From positions 232,872,001 through 232,936,000 of the forward strand of contig OZ024743.1 of NCBI GenBank assembly GCA_964016885.1: 64,000 nucleotides of DNA, in the 5' to 3' direction. Positions 12,765 to 23,157 of the stretch are shown here, piece by piece. Within the stretch, counting starts at the first letter, position 1; every line of letters starts with the position of its first letter. The notes under the pieces were generated by a model. That model was given only the letters and a program-made list of their open reading frames with translations. It searched no databases and had not been told where the DNA came from. A program made the position numbers and the translations under genes. This DNA is from Eledone cirrhosa. Lineage: Eukaryota.

Positions 12765-13083
12765 ATTCCATCATGTTTTCTATTTAATTTTGGTTGGAGT
12801 TCATTTATGTTTATTGCCTCTGTGATTTGTCTAAACATTGCGTCTTTTCTGTGTGTATATTCTATTTTTATTTCTATGTTCTCTAATTAACCCTTATGTT
12901 CTATTTTAGCATGTTGGTGGAGTACAGATGATTCTTTTCTATCTTGAAGCTTTCGCCAGTGTTCATTTATCCGCTCTCCTATACTACGAGCTGTCTCACC
13001 TATGTACACTATATTCTTATCTCTACATTGTCCTTCAGTACATCTTATGCTATATACTACATTTCTAGTTTTGCAGTTAATAT
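12765..13083 (-). pseudogene. GIY-YIG endonuclease domain of a Penelope-like element (one in-frame stop)
   Basis: Manual translation: [106 protein letters not shown]. It has the VVY...YIGET.R...R..EH and EA..I...LN motifs. Not in the ORF track. Confidence 0.88.
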
Positions 13084-13089
13084 GGGGGG

Positions 13090-14485
13090 TGTCATTGTTG
13101 TTGTAGTGGTAGTGGTGGTGGTGATGGTGGTGGTGGTGGTGATGATGCTGGTGGTGGTGGTAGAGGTGGTGGTTTGTCGTGGTGGTTGTAGTGGTGGTGG
13201 TGGTGGTGGTGATGCTGGTGGCGGTAGTAGTGGTGGTGGTGGCTGTCGTTGTTGTTGTTGTGGTAGTGGTGGTGGTGGTGGTGGTGGTGGTGGTAATTGT
13301 GGCGGTGGTGGTGGCGGTGGTGGCGGTAAATCTAATGTTGGTGGTTGTTGTTGTTGTGGTGGTGGTGGTGAATGTAGTGCTAGTGGTTGTTGTTGTGGTG
13401 GTGGTGGTGGTGGTGCTGGTTGTGATGGTGGTGGTGGTGGTGGTGGTGGTGGTGATTGTAGTGCTGGTGGTGGTGGTGGTGATTGTAGTGCTGGTGGTTG
13501 TTGTTGTTGTGGTGGTGTTGGTGGTGGTGATGGTGGTAGTGGTGGTGGTGATTGTGGTGCTGGTGGATGTTGTTGTTGTGGTGGTGGTGGATATTGGTGG
13601 TTGTGATTCTAGTGCTGGTGGTTGTTGTGGTAGTGGTGGTGGTGATTGTAGTGCTGGTGGTTGTTGTTGTTGTGGTGCTTGTGGATATTGGTGGTGGTGA
13701 TTCTAGTGCTGGTGGTTGTTGTTGTGGTGGTGGTGGTGGTAGTGGTGGTGGTGATTGTAGTGCTGGTGGTTGTTGTTGTGGTGGTGATTGTGGTGCTGGT
13801 GGATGTTGTTGTTGTGGTGGTGGTGGTAGTGGTCGTGGTGATTGTAGTGCTGGTTGTTGTTGTTGTGGTGGTGGTGGTGGTGGTGGTGGTGGTGATTGTA
13901 GTGCTGGTGGTTGTTGTGTTGGTGCTGTTACAGCTGTTTTTTTTATTATTCTTTTTGTTTTATTTTGTTTTTTGTTTTTTTATTTCTGCTATTTATCACC
14001 GCTTGTAAATGTCAGTACTCTACTAACAACAACAACAACAACAATGTCGAGGATAACATTCGCAACGACATTGTTGTTGTTGTTGTTGTTGTTATTGTTG
14101 TTGTTGTTATTTAGCCGTTGTTGTTGCTGCTGTTTTTGTATTTGTTGTTATTTTAGTCGTCGTTGTCATTGTCGTTGAGCCGTTGTTGTTTTAGTTGTTG
14201 TTTCTGTTCTTGTAGTTGGCGTTGTTATTGTTGTTGCTTATCCCTTGTCGTTGTTATTGTTGTTGAAGTTGTTATTTGAATTGTCGTTGTTGTTGTAGTT
14301 GTTGTTGTCGATGTTGTTGCTGATGTTTTTGTATTTGTTGTTATTTTAGTCGTCGTTGTTGTTGTAGTTATTGTTCCTGTTGTTGTCGTTGTTTTTGTTG
14401 TTGTTTAGCCGTTGTTGTTGTAGTTATTGTTCCTGTTGTTGTTGTTGTTGTCGTTTGTGTTATTGTAGTTGTAGTTGTTGTTGCG
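13090..14485. repeat. Degenerate (GGT)n then (GTT)n tracts with recurring GGTGATTGTAGTGCTGGTGGTTGTTGT unit
   Basis: Directly visible. Confidence 0.9.
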
Positions 14486-14713
14486 TGTATTAACAGACAT
14501 TGGTGTCCGATTGACACAGTTATGTGAGGCAGCCAGCGACGATTGTCTGCTTCTCTCTGTTTGATGTATAGCGATATGAATTAATTGACAATTCAATAGT
14601 AATGCAATTTTCCCCCAGTTTTCCCAAACGTCTTCTTTACAGTTTAGCGACTCTAACACACGTACATATATGACATTTTGTACAACTGTTTTGTTAGACT
14701 GGAAGTAACCAAC

Positions 14714-14715
14714 AG

Positions 14716-14761
<46 letters not shown>

Positions 14762-14840
14762 TGTGTGTGTGTGTGCGTGTGTGTATGTTTGTATGTGTGT
14801 GTATGCGTATGTTTGTATGTGTGTGCGTGTGTGTGTGTGC

Positions 14841-14880
<40 letters not shown>
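14714..14880. repeat. (TG)n/(TA)n microsatellite
   Basis: Directly visible. Confidence 0.95.
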
Positions 14881-14881
<1 letters not shown>

Positions 14882-15012
14882 GATAAATCTACCAAGAGTT
14901 TACGGTAGTGTCCAATCCGTATGAAGAACTCAATGTATTCCGGATATCATGGAAAGAAGAAATGTAATGAAAAATCACTTTCGGTGAAAGATAAACGGTA
15001 TACAGAGTCAAG

Positions 15013-15417
15013 ATAAAATATTAAACAAATAATGAATAAACAATTTCTTATATTAAACAAAAAAAGTTCATTATTTAACGATCGTTTCTAGGATATATAT
15101 GTGTTAGAGTTGGCATGCATATTCAACAGATCTATGTACAAAATTATACAAAATTATACAAACTATCAAGATTAAATATACATACCAACACATATATACG
15201 CCGTCTTCAGAAATAATGAAGATTATTTCTGAAGACGGCGTATATATGTGTTGGTATGTATATTTAATCTTGATAGTTTGTATAATTTTGTATAATTTTG
15301 TACATAGATCTGTTGAATATGCATGCCAACTCTAACACATATATATCCTAGAAACGATCGTTAAATAATGAACTTTTTTTGTTTAATATAAGAAATTGTT
15401 TATTCATTATTTGTTTA

Positions 15418-15426
<9 letters not shown>
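15013..15426. repeat. Perfect foldback inverted repeat (205-bp arms, 4-nt loop GAAG), probable inverted Penelope pseudo-LTR
   Basis: 15013-15217 is the reverse complement of 15222-15426, with no mismatch found by eye. Confidence 0.92.
15222..15369 (+). ncRNA. Hammerhead-like motif with greatly extended stem II (mirror copy 15070-15217 on minus)
   Basis: AUUAUUU-CUGAAGA-[~115 nt, internally self-complementary]-GAAAC-GAUC-GUU-AAAUAAU: 7-bp stem I and palindromic stem III (ACGAUCGU). The base of stem II pairs poorly. Confidence 0.6.
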
Positions 15427-15461
<35 letters not shown>

Positions 15462-15624
15462 CACACACACATATATGTGTGTATATATATATATACACAG
15501 ACATATATATACATACATATACATGCACACACACACACATATACAAACACACACACACATATATATATATATACATACATATCTATATACATATATATAT
15601 ATATACATGTATATATATGCATAC

Positions 15625-15700
<76 letters not shown>
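15427..15700. repeat. (TA)n/(CA)n microsatellite between the two foldbacks
   Basis: Directly visible. Confidence 0.95.
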
Positions 15701-15705
<5 letters not shown>

Positions 15706-16024
15706 AACAAAAGATGGTTAAAGGAGTTCCATGTATTTTATTATGCGCATTTCAAAAACAAATATCATCATGCAATAATATTTGTGTTTTCATCAGATAA
15801 AACAGGGGGACATGATATGAAGGCTAAAAAACACTTGTGGATAGTTCAGTTTTAAATATGTTGATTTAAAACTGAACTATCCACAAGTGTTTTTTAGCCT
15901 TCATATCATGTCCTCCTCTTTTATCTGATGAAAACACAAATATTATTGCATGATGATATTTGTTTTTGAAATGCGCATAATAAAATACATGGAACTCCTT
16001 TAACCATCTTTTGTTCTTATATAT
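15697..16024. repeat. Foldback inverted repeat (~160-bp arms, 6-nt loop, 2 mismatches), probable inverted Penelope pseudo-LTR
   Basis: 15697-15857 versus 15864-16024. The ORF track shows the near-identical peptide on both strands (DKTGG vs DKRGG). Confidence 0.92.
15919..15985 (+). ncRNA. Minimal type I hammerhead ribozyme (mirror copy 15736-15802 on minus)
   Basis: UUUUAU-CUGAUGA-AAACACAAAUAUU(auugcaugau)GAUAUUUGUUUUU-GAAAU-GCGC-AUA-AUAAAA. Intact core, 6-bp stem I, palindromic stem III (AUGCGCAU), AUA cleavage triplet. Confidence 0.8.
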
Positions 16025-16102
16025 TATGTATACTCCAGTCCTACAAACTGTAGAGTGCTTCTTATCCGATATCTGCATTGTACTACAATAAAACTCACCT
16101 CC

Positions 16103-16161
<59 letters not shown>

Positions 16162-16328
16162 ATTAGAATTGGTGCTCTGAAATAGCGATATATATATATG
16201 AATGTATATATACTGTATTTTGCAATACACTGTATGCTTAATTAAAAGCATTTCGAAGATCTTACGCTATTGTTTTAGAGTAGTGACAATCTCATTTACT
16301 TTAAATTTTCAGCAAACAGGGGAGATAA

Positions 16329-16373
16329 AGCTGACAGAGCTCTGTTTCGTACTGATTGGTACTTATCAAAGCC
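16329..16373 (-). ncRNA. Hammerhead ribozyme, U3-A8 core variant, enclosed by a ~20-bp stem I extension
   Basis: Minus strand: GGCU-UUGAUAA-GUAC(caauca)GUAC-GAAAC-AGAGCUCU-GUC-AGCU. Flanking inverted repeat ATTTTCAGCAAACAGG (16305-16320) / CCTGTTTGCTGAAAAT (16384-16399). Confidence 0.7.
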
Positions 16374-16591
16374 AAGTACTCCACCTGTTTGCTGAAAATC
16401 ATGAATGTTTGATTCTTATAGAATTCTAGTAATAATCAGGAACTGATTATACAGAGAGGTTGCCGGTCAAGCAGAAATTGAAAATTAGAATTGGTGCTCT
16501 GAAATAGCGATATATATATGGATGTATATATAGTGTTCTATAAGAATCTATAAGAATTCTATAAGAATCAAACATTCATGATTTTCAGCAA

Positions 16592-16848
16592 ACAGTAAAA
16601 ATATTTAAAATATTACAAAAATTCTGCATCTAATAACTGCATATACACATGTACAGATACAAAGCATATGTACATACAACTCAAAACATGTACATCCACA
16701 CATACAATAACATCCATACCTGCACCACATGCATACATATCTACTTAGTTGATGTTGTGTAAATTCCAATGAGAGAGTCTTGTAACTATGCTAGAAAACG
16801 ACTCTCTTTCTATTGGCAAACATTTGTGAAATTATAAAACCAGAAGTA
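16592..16848 (+). mobile_element. 3' fragment of R4/Dong-type LINE (copy 2)
   Basis: Aligns to 18178-18445 (TGCATCTAATAACTGCATATACACATG...TGTGAAATTATAAAACCAGAAG) and is followed by degenerate TACA repeats. Confidence 0.85.
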
Positions 16849-17269
16849 TATACAAACGTACGTACATACATGGTGACTGCCAACTCGTTTTCGAGTACGG
16901 CCACTACTTTATATCCATGTAGGAGAACCCCTACCGATGCGCTGAACGAGTGTGACTTTTTAGTCCAGCCAGCGACTTGAAAACTCTGGTACAAACACTA
17001 TACTTGTGACAATTATTGACACATAGTGCTGGGCCCATGGTACCATGTGACGGCAAGTGCAGAGAGATCTCCAAATATAAAGCAATGCCTGCGTCGTGAA
17101 GCTTTTATAGTGAGAAAAGGCACTGCACAAAGCCAGTCCCACTCTCTTAACCAAGATGATATTTACCAAAAGGAAGAACAAGTCAACATCATTGGATACC
17201 ATCAGGGCTGCAGGTGTTATATCAGAGTTTTCCTTCTCCTAGAATTCTGCCTTGACAAAGGCTAAGGGG

Positions 17270-17462
17270 TCATCTCTCCCGGTGATTTTGGATGGCCATT
17301 GACTCTTAAGAGCTCCTTTGCTCTTTAACAGGTTTTGTTTTAAGTCCTGCAGGATGTCCAAAGTCACCCTCCTCACCAAGAAACTTTGGTGGGGTTGCCA
17401 GTTTAGTCGCCAACGATCCGACCATGAGGCAGGTTGTACTGGGATACATGTTACCAGTAGCA
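17270..17462 (-). mobile_element. Dispersed repeat (copy 2 of the 5525-5860 family)
   Basis: Reverse-complement similarity to 5525-5705. Confidence 0.55.
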
Positions 17463-17563
17463 ACATACATACACACATACATACATACATACATACATAC
17501 ATACATACATACATACATACATACATACATACATACATACATACATACATACATACATACATA

Positions 17564-18446
17564 GAGATTAGCACGAAATACCTGATTCACAAAAGAGATA
17601 GGGATGCAGGCAAAACACCTAGATGAGATAACAAGTGCAGACTCTGCAGAACTAACATCGAGGATATCACCCATGTCATCAGCAGCTGCCCAAAGATGTC
17701 ATCGCGGTACTATCTACCTATGAGGCATGATGTTGTGGCCAAAACACAGTAAAATGCAGTTCGTAAAAAAGATAGCCTCGATAATAAACACATTAAAGGC
17801 TACAACAATGTGGAAGACATCCATGTACATAATATGAAAGAGTACTGGTGGAATGTTCCAGTAAAAACCCCAATAAAATGCAGGCATAACAGACCAGATA
17901 TTATGATATGGGACAAGGAGAAGAAAACATGCACAGTAGTGGAAATTAGCTGCCCAGCAGATGCCAATATAATATCAAAGATTAGTGAAAAGGAGAATAT
18001 TTATGCAGAACTGATGAGAAATCTGCAGATACTCCACCCTGATTACACCTTCAGTGATTATTGGGGTACTGGGATATGTTAGTAACTGCCTCAATACAAA
18101 TCTTGAGAAGCTAGGCTTCACAGGAACAGAAAGAACACAACTAGTTAGGAAATTACAAGTACAATCCATTAATGGAACAGTAAAAATATGTGAAAGATTC
18201 CAAAAATGTTGCATCTAATAACTGCATATACACATGTACAGATACAAAGCATATACACATGCACACATACAACTCAAAACATACACATCCACACATACAA
18301 TAACATCCATATCTACACATGCATGCATACATACATATCTACCTAGTTGATGTTGTGTAAATTCCAATGAGAGAGTCTTGTGTCTATGTTAGAAACCGAC
18401 TCTCTCTCTATTGGTAAAACTTTGTGAAATTATAAAACCAGAAGAA
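17564..18446 (+). mobile_element. 5'-truncated R4/Dong-clade non-LTR retrotransposon (CCHC + restriction-like endonuclease) inside (CATA)n
   Basis: Translation: KCRLCRTNIEDITHVISSC (CCHC), MRHDVVAK, RPDIMIWD..VVEISCP..KISEKENIY (PD-D/ExK nuclease), with stops and a frameshift. 3' UTR hairpin CCAATGAGAGAGTC...GACTCTCTC..ATTGG. (CATA)n at 17464-17563 and 18446-18524. Confidence 0.9.
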
Positions 18447-18524
18447 CATACATACATACATACATACATACATACATACATACATACATACATACATACA
18501 TACATACATACATACATACATACA

Positions 18525-19075
18525 TGAGGATTGCAATGTCTTCACAGACGATTGTCGTCTCTTATTGATTCTTCATCGTCATCCCATCTACGTCCATGAC
18601 TTAGTAGATGACTTTGTAGACCAGCTGAAGATCTGCATGGTTTACGACACAAGTGACAGAAGAGAGTTGCGCTTTCACACAGGACCGGTTGGGGTCACCT
18701 GTGGGACACGATCTTTATGTAGCACCATGTGTTGTTTTTTTGTGTTTTTTTGTGTTTTTTAGGGGAGGGTACCAGAATAGTTCTACACACTTTGTTGCAT
18801 ATCACGCACGTTGTTTCGCCAGGTTTTTGTTGAGTGGTGTTGCGGGTAGTTATCCTATCATGTGACTTCGAGTGATTAACATAACCAACCTTTGAGACGA
18901 GTACACGATGACAGAAATTGCATGTCCAACTATTGATGACTTCATCAAGACTGTGAGCGCAGCCCTTCCTGGGCGTACGCTTCAGTTGTTTATGATCTAG
19001 ACGACATTCCTTAAAGGTTTTGAAACTGCCCTTTATACGCTTTCTCCACTCATTCCTATTTGGAGCTATCTCCTC
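18525..19075 (-). mobile_element. 3' fragment of an RTE-clade LINE with C-terminal C2H2-like fingers
   Basis: ORF 18695-19189: EEIAPNRNEWRKRI...WTCNFCHRVLVSKVGYVNHSKSH...CVICNKVC, resembling RTE ORF2 C-termini. Confidence 0.65.
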
Positions 19076-19098
19076 TACATACATACTTACATACATTT

Positions 19099-19140
<42 letters not shown>

Positions 19141-19199
19141 TGTGTGTGTGGGAGGGGGGTGTTTGGGGGGGGGATGCAGGACAAAACACAAATAGACTT

Positions 19200-19811
19200 T
19201 TCCGCTCATCAGTTACTCCTACCGGGGCACCATGGCTTTTAAGTGATAAGGGTAGGAAACTTTAACCCAAAATTCCACCACACCAACAGGCCCATAATAG
19301 ACTAGTTACTGTAAGAAAATAGTTTAACAGAACAAGGATCAGGCGAGCAAATATACGACACCGCAAAACAAAAAATACGAGTGAGAACGAAAAATTATTT
19401 AAATACCATCGCGAAAAAAGGTTTAATCAATACATATAATATATACATATATATATATACATATCAAAAGAATGAAATGCTCCAATTATATATACATATT
19501 ATAATAATTATATTTATATATAAGAATATAAATAAGATAAGGGTAATATTATATGTTACCCGATTACCACTAAGAAGAGTAGCTCAATGTAAAATATTAA
19601 GTATATACAGTGCAGAAATACAATATAAATAACAACCAAATTGTGTTTAAAACATTTAATAGCTTACGATCGTTTCATCCAGATATAGGTCTGGATTCAT
19701 CGGAGCATATAAAGGTTAAAACAAATATATTCCTAATCACTTGAACATTTAGCAGGATACCTTATAGGTGTGAAGACTAAGTATAAGTGTTAACATCAAT
19801 ATATTAAAGAG

Positions 19812-19812
<1 letters not shown>
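19200..19812 (-). mobile_element. Probable Penelope-like pseudo-LTR/UTR remnant
   Basis: Contains a hammerhead motif that shares GAAACGATCGT with the 15.2-kb foldback; abuts (TA)n. Boundaries uncertain. Confidence 0.5.
19662..19706 (-). ncRNA. Minimal hammerhead ribozyme motif (U4C core variant)
   Basis: Minus strand: GCU-CCGAUGA-AUCCAGA(ccuaua)UCUGGAU-GAAAC-GAUC-GUA-AGC. Perfect 7-bp stem II and palindromic stem III. Confidence 0.65.
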
Positions 19813-19857
<45 letters not shown>

Positions 19858-19899
19858 ATTATGTTTCTCAATAAGAAAGCTCCATTATACAAGAAAGCT

Positions 19900-20275
19900 C
19901 AATTATACAAGTTTAAACGATACATATATATCGAGGCTATCAATGGAGAAACGACATCTATACAGAACAATTAATATGTTAGTAGATATACCTAATTGAA
20001 GATGGTAACACTGCCTATAGTACCTTAAAGAGATCTGTTTCTTGAAATCGAAGAAAAGACGGAAATTATTGATCTTGGTAATTACTATCAATCATTGATT
20101 TTGGTGATAAGCATCTCAAGACACAGATTTCCTTCATCAATAAAGGTAGGCCTTCTATATATATTCAGTATAGTCTGTAAAACGGTTGGTGTTAAGGACA
20201 TTCCGCTACAAAAATCATTTCGTGGCTGTGATAATGTCCCGTCAATTGGACAAAAAGGAGTTTCATAAAATAAGT
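19900..20275 (-). pseudogene. Possible highly decayed Penelope RT relic
   Basis: Minus-strand fragments ETPFCPI and IDVVS resemble the PLE RT motifs PLRPI and FDVVSL in the expected order. Weak evidence. Confidence 0.3.
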
Positions 20276-20344
20276 ATCAGACTTGAAAAATATGTAGCTT
20301 GGTCGATTTGATCGACTAAATCAAGCCTCTAGTTTAATAAAGAA

Positions 20345-20672
20345 TATACATATTTATTATATATGTATATATGTGTATATGTATGTACATGTGTGTATGT
20401 ATGTATCTCTGTATGTATGTATGTATGAAAGCATGTATGAAAGCATATATGTACGCATGTATTTATGCATATATGTACGCATATATGTATATGTGTATGT
20501 ATATGTTTTTGTATGTATGTATGTATGTATGTATGTATGTATGTATGTACGATATATTTATGTATGAGTGTATATATATATGTGTGTATGTACCTATGTA
20601 TGTATATATGTATGTGTATGTCTATATATATGTATGATATATTTATGTATGAGTGTATGCATGTATGTATAA
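20345..20672. repeat. Degenerate (TATG)n
   Basis: Directly visible. Confidence 0.9.
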
Positions 20673-20949
20673 GTCTCCTACACTTCGGTGTTCATTTGGT
20701 TTTAATATTAAGTAACATTAACTGCGATGTCATCCTCATATAAAATCGATAGGGTGGCTGTGAGGTTAAATGATATTTCAATACGAGATATCAGTGTCAG
20801 CCACATCGACAATGCATATCTATGATGTAGAAGAGAGTGAATTAACAACGTGTCAACACAGTCTAATTGACAAGTCTACCAGGTTAAAGGACATCTGAAT
20901 GAAATAGCCAGCACTATGTATGCCTCTATAGTTGATAAACTTTTTATAA

Positions 20950-21405
20950 CTTCATCATGTGGCTGCCGGATCTCCATCGGTTCTGACGACCAATGTTCTA
21001 GTTATTTGATCAACAGAACAGTCTGCGACTGGAATTAACAGAAAATAGCTGAGCATTCCTAAGACTTCATCATGTGTGTGTTGGATGTCCGTCGGTTCCG
21101 ACGTTGAACGCTCCAATTATGTAATCAACAGAACAGTCTGCTACTGGAATTAACGTAGAAATAGCTGAGCATTGCTGAAATACGTTTATCTTTAACATAG
21201 TTCTCAGGAACATTCAACGTGACACAGTGTAAGAAAAGGTTGTCCCTTTGAGTTGCATATATAACTAAGTTTCCAGCTTAGCTGAGTGAACCAGGGGAAT
21301 ATGAAATAAAGTGTCTTGCTCCCTAACATATCAGGCCTCCACGAATCATACTCAGGGTATTACGATCATGAACCGAACACCCTCACCACTAAGCCTTGTG
21401 CCGTC
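20950..21405 (-). mobile_element. Decayed tRNA-derived SINE (second family) with duplicated 3' end
   Basis: tRNA-like head on the minus strand (GGCTTAGTGGTGAGGGTGTTCGG), GTGTCTTGCTC core, and a ~110-bp tandem duplication at 20950-21060/21065-21175. Confidence 0.6.
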
Positions 21406-22410
21406 ACACGATTTTGTAATATACCACTTGAACTGGAAGCTGATGAATCAGAAGCGAGTAATTCTCTTCAATAAAATTGCTGAAAGGTTCGTAATAATGT
21501 TATTTAGCCATGAATCAACACTAATCAATATGAGGGTTCAATTAATGATCGTAAAATTGTGAGTTCGATTACCAGTGACGCATTGTACCCCGCTGGCTGA
21601 GTACCCTGGAACTAAATGTAATATCCCTTTCAGAACACACCACTATACTCCTTGATACAATATTGGTAGATGGAGTGACGTACAGTCTTGATACAAGAAT
21701 ATAACACCTTTGGCAAGCTCATTAACTGCTTAATGAACACAACCACAAGGATATGGTCCGAACGTGGAAGAGCCGAACTCCCACTGTCATCGCCTCCATC
21801 TCTCTCACCCTCCCCATCTCTCTGTATGGTAAGCAAATGGGGTCCGACGTGCTGGCCTCCCCAGAGCCCCGGGGCGGACAGAACGGAGAAGGCATTTCCC
21901 CAGAAGGATGGTAAGTGAGATGCGCTACAAGAGCCATTCCAGCTCGGGAAGCTCACATCTGCGGCTGGCCGGCTCAGCGCCTATGGTGGTGAGTAGGGGG
22001 TAGCACTATGGCCAAGGACACCAGAAGTCCCCACTGCCAAGAGCACGACCGCAAACTTGTCGCAGAGCGACCGGTGTCCATTCTTTAGAATTCTGTCAGC
22101 CACCTTGTTTGCACACCTTGACGTTCTGTTTTAGTGAGATACACACATCCACCCCAACACCCAGTCCTCTTTGGCCTTCGGTAGGCTAATAGCAACTAAT
22201 TTGCTCTCAAGTCACACCCTATCGTTCTAATTCAAAGGAAGGAACTATTAGATAATATAGCCGGAGCAGTCTTTACTATATCTATAATAAGAGTAAGTAT
22301 GAGGTAATCACACCTTTTTATTATAGGTCTGCTCAATCGGGGTTGGCATTGGTTTAAACAACCACACATCAAACGTGTGTCCATCCACTCCACAAATACA
22401 TACATACTTA

Positions 22411-22631
22411 ATAATGGTTTCTTATATAAGCACAAGGCTAGCAATTTTCTGGGGGGGGGGGGGTCGATTAAATCGACCTCAGTGTGTGACTGGTACTTTA
22501 TTTTATCGACCCTGTAAGGATGAAAGGCAAAGTTAAACTCGGCGGGATTTGAACTCAGATCATAAAAGGCCGTAACTCTATGCTGCAAAGCATGGCCTCT
22601 GCCCCTCTACCGATACTGCCAATCCACCGCC
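22411..22631 (-). mobile_element. Full-length SINE, same family as 2.8-4.75 kb
   Basis: Near-identical to 4387-4600. Confidence 0.88.
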
Positions 22632-22909
22632 CTATACATCTAAACTATAATAAAGTAAGGAGCGCGGGACTGCGTACGGTTTATAATTTTTTTATACCAT
22701 TAGTAAAATAAGTTGGATTACTTTGAATAAATAATGAATGAATATTACATAATTTATCTTCAAAATTTCGTGGCTGTTGATTAAATATATTTTGTTTATT
22801 TAAAGATTCACTTCTTTAAAATTTCTGAAATGTCAATATTTCCGGTTGGCCATCGCTTAAATAAACATACTAATTTTCTGTCACTAATTTTCTCCTAATG
22901 CAGTTTATA

Positions 22910-23100
22910 TATAATATTGTCTTTTTTTAATGTATCATGGATTACGTTACTGATTACATAAGGCAGTGTAACATAGTCTTCGTTCAATTTCTGTGTATAT
23001 TGTCAATTACGATTTTATTTGATCATATCTACATGCATATATACTCGCGTATAATATCAATATACACACTACACATGCTAGCAGAAAACCACTGCTAGTA
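22910..23100 (-). mobile_element. Dispersed repeat, copy 2 of the 2151-2360 family
   Basis: Reverse complement begins TACTAGCAGTGGTTTTCTGCTAGCATGTGTAGTGTG and follows 2151-2360. Confidence 0.6.
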
Positions 23101-23157
23101 CTTAATAATGGAAACACACAACAGAAAAACAAACAGAAACTATATAGACAGGGACGT

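Larger units (their letters stand above)
12379..13088 (-). mobile_element. 3' remnant of a Penelope-like element (GIY-YIG endonuclease + pseudo-LTR)
   Basis: GIY-YIG coding relic followed by a hammerhead-like motif. The 3' end runs directly into (TA)n. Confidence 0.85.

Noticed and set aside
12944-14178. Gly/Cys-rich keratin-associated-like ORFs (GGGDCSAGGCCC)
   Set aside because: Derived from GGT/TGT repeats and broken by frameshifts; the N-terminus is the antisense of the GIY-YIG relic.
19195-19215. Additional hammerhead (minus-strand CTGATGAgcgGAAA)
   Set aside because: No stem II or stem I/III pairing could be built.
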